Shown: one piece after another, positions 53,266 to 64,000 of the stretch
Position numbering within the stretch: the stretch's first letter is position 1
How the letters are laid out: each line of letters opens with the position of its first letter
From: the human T2T-CHM13v2.0 reference genome, Homo sapiens
Assembly (NCBI RefSeq): GCF_009914755.1
Contig: NC_060933.1
DNA length: 64,000 nucleotides
Direction: 5' to 3' (one strand)
Notes under the pieces: generated by a model
Seen by the model: only the letters and a program-made list of their open reading frames with translations
What the model was told of the DNA's origin: nothing
The model's database searches: none
Made by a program: the position numbers and the translations under genes

Positions 53266-53813
53266 AGACTGCTTCCCAGGGTCACCTGGACCTCACGCAG
53301 CTCATCGGTGTCCCGCTGCCCTCGTCCGTATCCTTTGTCACAGGCTATGGTGGCTTCCCGGCCTACAGTTTCGGGCCTGGTGCCAATGTTGGCCGCCCAG
53401 CCAGGACTCTCATCCCATCCACCTTCTTCAGGGACTTCGCCATCAGCGTCGTGGTGAAGCCCAGCAGCACCCGTGGTGGCGTGCTCTTCGCCATCACTGA
53501 CGCCTTCCAGAAGGTCATCTACCTGGGCCTGCGGCTCTCAGGTGTGGAGGACGGCCACCAGCGGATCATCCTCTACTACACGGAGCCAGGCTCCCATGTG
53601 TCCCAAGAGGCTGCTGCCTTCTCGGTGCCTGTGATGACCCACAGGTGGAACCGCTTCGCCATGATTGTCCAGGGTGAGGAAGTGACCCTCCTCGTGAACT
53701 GTGAGGAGCACAGCCGCATCCCCTTCCAGCGGTCCTCCCAGGCTTTGGCTTTTGAGTCCAGCGCTGGAATCTTCATGGGCAATGCAGGAGCTACAGGGCT
53801 CGAGAGATTCACT
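53266..53813 (+). CDS. COL15A1: COL15A1 exon 3 (548 nt), thrombospondin N-terminal/laminin-G-like (TSPN) domain
   Basis: Acceptor ctctctctccctccctgcag|AG; donor ACT|gtgagt. Matches ORF 53241..53822 (ETASQGHLDLTQLIGVPLPSSVSFVTGYGGFPAYSFG...GLERFT). Phase 1 fits the end of exon 2 (G+AG = Glu). Confidence 0.98.
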
Positions 53814-54994
53814 GTGAGTTAAAGTCCCACTCCAGGTAGATCAGGGAGGTGGATGAACAGACTCGCCATGCAATAAATGGAGCAACTATTATTGTTATTA
53901 TTTTATTCTTATGTCCTCAAAGAAGCATGCGTGTTATGATGGGAAATAACACTAGGCCTGGAACCCCAAAACCTAGATTTCCATCCTCAGTTTTCAACTT
54001 ACCTTGTAAATTTGAGACAGTTATCCAGATTCTCTGATCCTCTCTGTGTTTCCTTATCTGTAAGTGGAGATAAGAAAACCTACCCCACAGTCTTGTAGGT
54101 CAAATAAGATAATCTGTGTGAAAGCACTTTGTACGTTTTAAGATTTTATATAAAAGAGCAAGGTTTGTTATAGCCCTAAATGGTTTGATCTTTGGATATG
54201 GGTGACAATTGCACGTAAGTAATTTCTGAAAAGGTGGGATACACTAGAATACCAGAGTGAGAGGTAGCTTTTCCCGCCTTCTAGGCAATGTGCACTTAAA
54301 AAAAATTTAAACTGACTTTACTATCAAAATGGGCTTTTATGAATAAGGCATTCTAAAGATCACTAAGTTATTGTAGTTACTCATTTAGTCAGCACACGTA
54401 TTTACTGATGTCTCGTTGGTGAACAGGACAGCACCACGGGGTGGAGTTTGGGTTTATCTGGAGTAGAGTGAAAGACATTGGAGAATGTTAAGAAGTTAAA
54501 ACACAAAGGGCAATTTTTAAATGCTCACTTTAGGAGCCTCATGGAGAGGAAGCTGTCAGGTGTGGGGAGAGGGGAGGAGAGTGGAGGCAGGGAGGCTGTG
54601 GTAGCCCTTCTTGGGACGAGGCCTTCAAACTCAGAAGCATTGAGCTGCAGGGGAAAGAGCTTTCTGGGAGAGGGAGATGTGCGTTTCAGGGCCTGCCGCT
54701 GACAAGCTGGGGACCTGGAGACAGGAGGCTGCTGTGGTGTGCACACTTGAACACAATGCTCCCCAAGGGCCTCTCTGGCCCAGGGGTCAGTATGATACTG
54801 GCCCAAGGAGAGTCCCCCCATAACTGAGAGTGGGCCAAGAGGTGGCCTGGCTTCGTGGTTGAGACTGCAGGCTGTACATCCTCATTCCCACGCTTTTACC
54901 TGTTCGTCTCCATTGCCAAAACAATCATGTCTTCCACTGGCAGTCATGCTGTGTACGTGCAAACCGTGGCTTCTGATCCGTCTCTTTTCCCCAG

Positions 54995-55069
54995 GGCTCC
55001 CTCCAGCAGCTCACCGTGCACCCCGACCCCAGGACTCCCGAGGAGCTGTGTGACCCTGAAGAGTCCTCG
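54995..55069 (+). CDS. COL15A1: COL15A1 exon 4 (75 nt) GSLQQLTVHPDPRTPEELCDPEESS
   Basis: Acceptor tctcttttccccag|GGC; donor TCG|gtgagc; phase 0-0; continues the TSPN C-terminus in frame. Confidence 0.96.
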
Positions 55070-56271
55070 GTGAGCTCCCCTACTATCCCACAGTGGGCCC
55101 TGCAACCCCAGCAGCCGCAGCCTGGGGAGGGCTGGATGCCCAGACAGTGGCGTGGAGTTTCTGAAACCTCTCATTTTGGCAACTGCTGCCTCAAGTCCTA
55201 TTTTGGGCTTTTGGCGTGATTTCACTTTTTAAAGAGCATCAGCCATCTCTGGTGTGGGGAGCTGTGTTTCTTATAAGGTGTCAGGATCTTCCATGGCTGT
55301 GGCCGTCAATGGCCTGCTTTCCCGCCTTCTTGCCAAGAAATGGTGTCAAGATTCTAAAATCAAAGTTAAAACTGAGATATTCTGGGAGTAAATTCCTATA
55401 AAAAACGATCCTCAACTTAGCTTTTATGCTTGGCAAATGAGTTCGTTCCTAAGCTGGGGATGGAGTGGTGGGCAGGAAAAAAAAGATGACTCCTTCTTCC
55501 CTCCCTCTAAGGATTGACTGAGCACCTGCTGGGTGCCAGCCCTGGGTAGGTGCTGGAGATAAAGGAATAACTGGGAACTGTTTAATAAGCTGCTCATATG
55601 CACTTCCATACCCAAATACAGTGGCAGAGCTGAGTGTGATGGGAAAAGGGGGAGATCCTCAAACCCAAACTCAACGTTGTCAGGTGGGAGCAGGAGAGGA
55701 AAGAGGAGGAACTTGAAGCCAGTTAGGGAGCAGGTGATGCCTGACCAATGACAAGGGTGAGGCCTCCCAGGGAGAAGGGGTCCAGGATGCAGTCAGAGGT
55801 GAGCAGAAGGTAGCGCATTCCTGCAATTCCTGTTGCCTTTTGGGTGGCATCAACGTCACAACAGAACATAAATTGATTTTGTTAACTTTGTAAAAAACAA
55901 AATGCTGTCGATTTCGTTGGAAAGCCCCTGAGAGGTGGAATTTGGGCCTGTGAGAATGCCTGTGTTCCATGAGCCAGTGGTCCCAGCCTGACAGTCATGT
56001 GATGCTGATCAGTGTAGTCACGCGTTAGTCTCTGCATTGCCATTAATACTGAAAAAGTAGAAACAACCCAAGGGTCCAAGAACAAGGGATTGGTTACAAA
56101 ATCACAGCACTCGGGCTCCTTGTCTGCCTTTAGGAGGCTAATTAGAAAGATTAGGTAATGCCAGGAAGTCATGCTTCGGCTGTAATTGTTCCCAGCGCAA
56201 GATTCCAATGACAGCCTCACAAAGGTTGGGAGAGTGGTGGGGACCTGGATCGAATGAAAGTAGATATGTTA

Positions 56272-56959
<688 letters not shown>

Positions 56960-58505
56960 GTGAGTACTGGGATGCTGTGCCATGTGATCTTGCTCAGCTT
57001 TTAGCAGGCTGAGAATTACTAGAGGGGGCCCAGAGTCCTGGGTCTGACCTCTTTGTTTCCAGACCTGTGAGCTTAATCGTTGACTCATCTGGGGGGGTCA
57101 GGAAAATAATGGCCAATGGGCACTTTGCAAAATCCCCTGGTGAACCGCAACACCAGCTTCCTCAGTGCCACCCTGTGTGTGGCCATCAGAGGGCTGTCAA
57201 GGGCAAACGCTGTGCTGTATTGCTTTGGAGCCTTGGGTAAAAAGCCTGTGGCCTTAGGTAACTTACTCAACCATTCTGAACCTCAACTCCTCTTCCAAGA
57301 ATGGTGATTCTAATAGCCCTATCTCATAGGGTTGTTTCCAGGGTTAGATGATGAAGTGCAGGGACAAGCCTCAGCCCAGCATCTGGCATGAGGGAAATGG
57401 CCCTGAACGATGGCTCTTGTTATATTTGCTCAGTGCTCCAGCTGTGAAAGCACAGTCAGGACCCCAGTCTTGTGAGTCACAGAGTCCTCCAGGGAGCTCA
57501 CTTCTGACGCATGGGAAAGGCAATCCTAACTTCCAGTGGCCTGGACCTCCTCCCTCCTGGGAATGCTCCCTGTGGCTGAGACATGGAAGTGGTTTTGAAA
57601 GCACTGAGTCAGACTGTGGGGACACCCAGGAGCCTGTTTTTAATGAAAACAGCAAGCAGCAGCAGAGTCACTAAATACAGCAGAGCTTCAGCCGTCTCCT
57701 TGCCTGGTCGGGCTACTTTGTAAACGTATCTCTAATAGAAGAAATCAGGGAGATGGAAATTAGGCAGTGGCTGGAGATTACAGACCTTGGGCAGCAGGGC
57801 TGTGCATGCAGCAGAGCTGTGGATGCAGCAGAATAGAACTAGACTCTGTTAGCACTGGAAGGACCCAAAGTCCTGTACATCTCTTTCTGTACAGAGGTGT
57901 ACGGAAAACTGCCCTTTGTGTACAAACTGAGCAAACCAAGGCCCAGATAGGGGAAGACACTGACTGAAGGGTGTATGGGCCGGACTGGGGTAACAGCATG
58001 AGTCTCCTGATGCCCATCCATGGGGTCATGGCCTGAGTGGTATTGCAAAAGTCCATCCCAAGGATGGCGGCCAACTCTTGGCCAGTTGGGATGAATGAAG
58101 TCAAGGGTCCAAGTTGCCTGCCTACCTGGTGATTGGGGAGGGCAACTGCTTTGGGTGGTGTGGCTATCCTGTGTGCCCATCAGCCCTTGGCCATCCCACA
58201 GGCATGTCCCAACCTGGGGCAGTAGGACACAGAGTGGCCTTCACATCTGATGCTGCCCTGTGCACCAGTTCACAATTCACAGCGAAGCCAACTCAGGCAA
58301 AGGTGCCAACAGCCCAAGGTTGCCCTTAGAGAGGGACAGGAAAGGAGAGTGGAGTTTGAGCCTGAGATGATCACAGGGGACAGAAGTAGGGCAGAGAAGC
58401 TTGGGAGGGGGCACCAGAGCTGGGCAGCTTTGGACAGAGATAGAGAAGTGGGAGGGGAAGGAAGAGAACTGGCATTTCTTGATACCACTGTGTACCTGGT
58501 GCTAT

Positions 58506-60360
58506 TGTGTCTGGAATTGGTGGGTTCTTGGTCTCACCGACTTCAAGAATGAAACCACGGACCCTCGCGGTGAGTGTTACAGTTCTTAAAGGTAGTGTGT
58601 CTGGAGTTTGTTCCTTCTGATATTTGGATGTGTTCAGAGTTTCTTCCTTCTGGTGGGTTCCTGGTCTCGCTGTCTTCAAGAGTAAAGCTGCAGACCTTCG
58701 CGGTGAGTGTTACAACTCTTAGGGCAGTGCCTCTGGAGTTGTTTGTTCCTCCCGGTGGGTTCATGGTCTTGCTGGCCTCAGGAGTGAAGCTGCAGACCCA
58801 CCCCATGAGTGTTACAGCTCATAAAGTCAGTGCGGACCCAAAGACACTAACAGCGATATTTATTGCAAAGAGCAAAAGAACAAAGCTTCCACAATGGGAA
58901 AAGGACCTCACCAAGTTGCCGCTGCTCACTCAGGCAGCCTGCTTTTGTTCCCTTATCTGACCCCCCCCACATCCTGCTGATTGGCCCATTTTACAGAGAG
59001 CTAATTGGTCCACTTTACAGAGAGCTGATTGGTCCGTTTTACAGAGAGCTGATTGGTCCATTTTGACAGGGTGCTCATTGGTGCGTTTACAATCCCTGAG
59101 CTAGACACAGAGTGCTGATTGGTGCATTTACAATCCTCTAGCTAGACACAAAAGTTCTCCAAGTCCCCACTAGATTAGCTAGACACAGAGCACTGATTGG
59201 TGCATTTACAAACCTTGAGCTAGATACAGAGTGCTGATTGGTGCATTTATAATCCTCTAGCTAGACATAAAAGTTCTCCAAGTCCCCACTAGATTAGCTA
59301 GACACAGAGCACTAATTGGTGCGTTTACAAACCTTGAGCTAGATACAGAGTGCCGATTGATGCATTTACAATCCTCTAGCTAGACATAAAAGTTCTCCAA
59401 GTCCCCACTAGATTAGCTAGACACAGAGAACTAATTGGTGCGTTTACAAACCTTGAGCTAGACACAGAGTGTTGATTGGTGTGTTTACAAACCTTGAGCT
59501 AGACACAGAGTGTTGATTGGTGTGTTTACAAACCTTGAGCTAGACACAAGAGTGCTGATTGGTGTATTTACAATCCTTTAGCTAGACATAAAAGTTCTCC
59601 AAGTCCCCACTAGATTAGCTAGACACAGAGCACTGATTGGTGCATTTACAAACCTTGAGCTAGACACAGGGTGCTGATTGGTGTGTTTACAATCCTTTAG
59701 CTAGACATAAAAGTTCTCCAAGTCCCCACCCAACTCAGGAGTCCAGCTGGCTTCGCCTAGTGGATCCCGCACGAGGGCAGCAGGTGGAGCGGCCTGCCAG
59801 TCCCACGCTGCCTCCTCAGCCCTTGGATGGTCGATGGGAACAGCCGCCGCAGAGCAGGGGGCGGTCCCCGTCAGGGAGGCTTGGGCCATGTGGGAGCCCA
59901 CTGCCAGGGGGCTCGGGCATGGCAGGCTGCAGGTCCCAAGCCCTGCCCTGCGGGAAGGCGGCTGAGGCCCAGTGAGAATTCGAGAGCAGTGCGGGCCGGT
60001 CGGCAGTGCTGGGGGACCCGGCACACCCTCTGCAGCTGCTGGCCTGGGTGCTAAGCCCCTCACTGCCCAGGGTCGGTGGCACCGGCTGGCCGCTTAGAGT
60101 GCGGGGCCCGCCGAGCCCACGCCTACTTGGAACTCTCACTGGCCCGCAAGCGCTGCACGCAGCCCTGGTTCCTGCCCACACGTCTCTCTCCACACCTCCC
60201 CACAAGCAGAGGGAGCCGGCTTCAGCCTCTGCCAACCCAGAGAGGGGCTCCCACAGTGCAGTGGTGGGCTGAAGGGCTCCTCAGGTGTGGCCAGAGTGGA
60301 CGCCAAGGCCGAGGAGGCACTGAGGGCGAGCGAGGGCCGCCAGCACGTTGTCAATTCTCG
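58506..60360 (-). mobile_element. Solo LTR12 (ERV9/HERV-9 family), ~1.85 kb, antisense in intron 5
   Basis: 3' end reverse complement tgtgtctggaattggtgggttcttgg; 5' end ...gccagcacgttgtcaattctcg; U3 tandem repeats with ATTGG; 4-bp TSD ctat at 58502-58505 and 60361-60364. Confidence 0.95.
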
Positions 60361-63300
60361 CTATTGTATGCATGATTTCACTTTTGTTTCTTGCCACCCT
60401 GCAAGGTAGGTGGCATCAGCCCCATTGTGCAGATTCAAAAATGAATGCCCAGGAGGTGGGGTGCCTCTTCCAGGGTCACAGGGTAGTGAAGTCAGGACTC
60501 AAGCCAGGCCTCACTCCCCAGGCTTGGACCCTCCCCAGGACCATGGCACTGCAGGCACTGGGGCAGATGTGGGGCACGTGTCAGCCAAGGGGGGCTATGA
60601 AATCAATCCCCAGACTATCTGGAAAAGTGAAAAAGAAAAAGTTGTTGGTGATTTGATGGACTTGGTGGCCTCTGGGGAACCTCTAACACTTTCTTTCCAT
60701 GCTTCCCCAACCCAACTTTTCTCAGTGGTTTTATGGGAACTGGTGCATATCAGAGTTCCACCAAGCGTGAATCCCAGCTCTGCCACTTACTAGCTCTTGA
60801 CCTTGAGCAAGTGACTTAAGCTCTCCAAGGCTCAGTTTCCTCCTTGGTTACAATAGAGTGGACCTGCCTCATAGGGTCAGTGTGAAAATTAGACAAATTG
60901 CCCTGTGCAAAATGCTTGGACAGTGCCTGTTGTTGCTACTGTTGACCAGTGGGTTTGTTGTGAGGATTAAGGGAGGTGATGTGATGTGTCAGAGAGCAGC
61001 TCAGTGCTGGACTCAGCACCGGGCATAGTACAGATGCCTCGTTCCTCTTGGGGCCTCCTGGTTGGCCAGTGGCTTGGGCTGACAGGCATGCCAAACCCCT
61101 GTGGCTGCCTTCAGTTATTAAGGGGATTGCCCTGGGCTGTGCCTCGAGGCCTGATGGTCCTGACCTTAACCTGTCTGTTCCTGATCATCAGAATGCCTTC
61201 CCTGTGCACCCGTCTGTCTGCACCACAGTTCACGCTCTTCCACATGCTTCCATTTCCTTTAGTCTCATTTGCAGGGAGGTGTTTGGGGTCTCTTCTACAT
61301 AGGAGGGCACTGAGGCCATGGAGATGGTTGCTGGAGGCACCCAGCCTGGAGGTGGCAGAGCCAGGTCTCCAGCTCAGGGTCCAGAGTGCACTCAGTCATG
61401 CCACCCCTGAGCTGGGGACTTCCCCCTTTTAACATCTCCTGGAAGGGCTTTATGGCATTTTCCGGCAGCCACCCTCTAGGACGGGGAATTTCCCTCTTCA
61501 GCTCAGACAGTCCCCGCCCGCCCCTTGTCTGTCTAACTTCTTTCTTGGAATGAATCTCACTTCCCCATCCTCAGCCTTTCCAGCCTGCCACCCTTTGAGA
61601 CATGAGCCGTCGCCAGTGAACTGAATTGCAGACTTTCTGAGTGGTCAGGGACTACAAAGTCTGCCCCTCCTTGCCTTCTTCCCCATTTAGGATTGGGGTC
61701 CTTGCTATCCAATTCTTTGCATTTTCAGAAAGTTCTATGCTGTTGGAATTAACATCCCTGTGGTTCTCAGCCCTGGCTGTGCATCAGGGTCATTTGTGTG
61801 TAAGTGTGTGTTGGGGGTGGGGGTGGCATGGGGGGTTGGGGAGGCACTGTGTTGGGGGGATTGGTCTTTAAAAGCAGATTCTTGCCTGGGCTGTAGACCT
61901 GGATGTTCAGCTTCAGTAGATCTGGAGTGAAAGATCCTAGAATCTGTATTGACAAAAAGCTCTGCAGGTGATTCTGGTCCTCAGCCAGGGCCTCTTTCCC
62001 AACCACACCCAGATGCTCACAGTTCTCTGGACAGACCGAGCACTTTCTCCCCTCCATGGCGCCTTAGTTCCTGCGGTTCTGTTTGCCTGGAGGGCCCCTC
62101 CCAGCTCCCATTTCTGCCTGGCAAGTTCCTACTTAGCCTTCAGGATCCAGTCCACATCCTCTCCTTGGAGGCCATTATTTAGCTAAGCCCCCTCCTCGCA
62201 CTTGGCTCTCACTCACGCCATCCCATGCATCACTCCGAATCATGGTTTGTTGCGTCTGGTCTAGGTCTGGGGATCCTCCATCACCTGACAGCTTGAGGAC
62301 AGACACGCTGTCTTAGTTATTCATTTCTGTGTCCCCAGGGCTCAGCCAAGGACCTAGCACACGGTAGGGCCTCTGGAAATATGTGCAGAATGAGTAAATC
62401 TGATTGTGTGGACGTGAGCCTGGACTCAGCAAATTGCAACACTTTTAATAGCAAGTCTTCAGACTTGAGGTTCCTATTTTGTCACAGGCCACACTGGATC
62501 CCCATTCACATTGACCTCTGAAAACCAAAGCCACCTATTTGAGGCAGGTCCCCTTACCCTCACTCCTGAGGGTCAATTCACCAGAACCATGCCCTGTCCT
62601 TGCAGGGGGGTTGGGATGCCTTGTTGGGAGTTTGACAACTTCAGCCACCCTGAGTTACAGAGCTCAGCCCCCATCTCGTTGTCTTCCTATGTTTCCTGAA
62701 CCCTCACCTGCCCTGCCCGCCTCATCCCAAAGTCCAAATGCCTTATAGAGCACCTTTGCTACCAGCCACCAGCAGCCTCACTCCAGACTAGAGATGAGCA
62801 TTCAGGGGCTTGAGCATTGGTTCCTGAACAAGTGATGGAGTGGCTTCTGCCTTGATCCCTCACAGGGAGAGGAGAGGAACCTCCTGGGCAGGGGTCTTTA
62901 TCTTCCCTGCTAGATGAACATCCATCTGGGTGAAATGGAGACATCCCACCTGGTCTTGTTCACAACCTCCCCTGGGGAGGTGCCTGCTGTCTGCTCCCAC
63001 TGCTGCCCTGGTTCCTGTCTTGTGGACTTCTTTACTGCCACCCCCCAGTCACCTGGCGTAAGCCTCAGCTCCCCTAGTCCATGATCACACTGCCACCAGC
63101 GAGGACTCTCTAAAACACACAGCTGCCCCCACCACTCCCTCTCCCGATGCTCCCCAGTGGCTGCCTGTGGCCCTTGGGTTCAAGCCCATTCTTCTCCCCA
63201 CAGAACCAGCTCCTCCCTCTGCCTGCCTCCCTGGGCTCTGTTCCACTGCTTCCCTCCTCAAGCCCTGGGCTCTTGCCAAGCTCAAGTTGCCAGGCCCTGA

Positions 63301-63799
63301 CTTTCATCAACCCTCCACCCCTGTGTTCTGAAACCCTGCTCATTCTCCAAGGCCCAACTCCTTAAAGCCTTTCCTCCCACCTCCACCCTGAAGATTTTAC
63401 AGTACAATAGAATCCATGGTGATTGTCTCTGGGTGTTAGGACTCAAGGTGATTTCTCTTTTTGCTCATCTGTACTTACAGTGTTTTCAATAACAAATATG
63501 GAATATTTATGTACTAAATATAAAGGTGTGCTTAGCCCTTCCATGCATTTTCTATTTCCTGCCTTCAAGTAGTTCTTTATTGTCCTCATTTTTACAGAGG
63601 AGGAAGCTGAGGTTCAGTGAAGCTCCATGACTTGCCCAACATAACTAAGCTTATAAGTGGAGAGCTGGGATTTGATCCAGGTCTGACTGTAAGAAATGAA
63701 CTATTAAATTCTAAATGATGGGGCTTCCAAGAATCCTCCTTGTTCCATGGACCAGAAATTTTTTGATTTACTAGATTCTGAATTAAGGAAATAACCTTC

Positions 63800-64000
63800 T
63801 GTTATTAGTCAGGAAAGGTAAGTGATGCTGCAGTAACAAATTAACCTCAAAAATCTTAGTGCCTTACAAAACAAAGATTGGTTTCTTGTTCATACCACGA
63901 GTTCAACACTGATTCACAGGATTCTTCCATGCACCCCCAGCCCCTTTAGCTTAGAAAGTGATGAGGCTATCTGAATGCTGACAAGCGCTGGGTCCCGCGA
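63800..64000. mobile_element. Old MLT1 (J/K-like) LTR fragment, running off the window
   Basis: 'tagtcagga...tgatgctgcagtaacaaa...ttagtgccttacaaaacaaag' motif. Confidence 0.55.

Noticed and set aside
54428-54442. REST/RE1-like cagcaccacgg
   Set aside because: Left half only; the GGACAG half is missing.
58975-59730. Regular repeat array resembling a CRISPR locus
   Set aside because: These are the internal tandem U3 repeats of LTR12. There are no unique spacers and no cas genes, and the context is eukaryotic.
56960-64000. COL15A1 exon 6 or Gly-X-Y collagen exons
   Set aside because: No sequence encoding the expected continuation (PKEAKVEP...) or any Gly-X-Y repeat was found; these lie beyond the window.

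Overview
Human (or very closely related primate) genomic DNA containing the 5' end of COL15A1 (collagen type XV alpha-1) on the + strand. Visible: a CpG-island, TATA-less promoter (~11.3-12.4 kb) and coding exons 1-5 at 11763-11773, 11863-11951, 53266-53813, 54995-55069 and 56879-56959. All have canonical GT-AG sites and join in one frame (MAPRRNNGQCW...TYTQAS, 268 codons: signal peptide, TSPN/laminin-G-like domain, start of the Ser-Gly-rich region). The gene continues past the window. The rest is repeat-rich non-coding DNA: about 20 Alu/FLAM elements, old L1/L2/MIR, MER5-type DNA transposons, MLT1 LTRs, a decayed rearranged ERV-L provirus (3.0-7.4 kb) and an antisense solo LTR12 in intron 5. 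I find no new protein-coding system. The most unusual signals are structural: (1) a ~186-bp, ~98%-identical inverted copy of mostly unique flanking DNA pasted inside an old AluJ in intron 2, which predicts a long RNA hairpin; (2) an internally inverted ERV-L pol with a nested LTR; (3) a short duplicated segment whose L1-endonuclease site was hit by Alu-family elements twice; (4) several perfect palindromes and young tandem duplications. Repeat family names come from recalled consensus sequences, not from a database search, and repeat boundaries are approximate unless a TSD is given.
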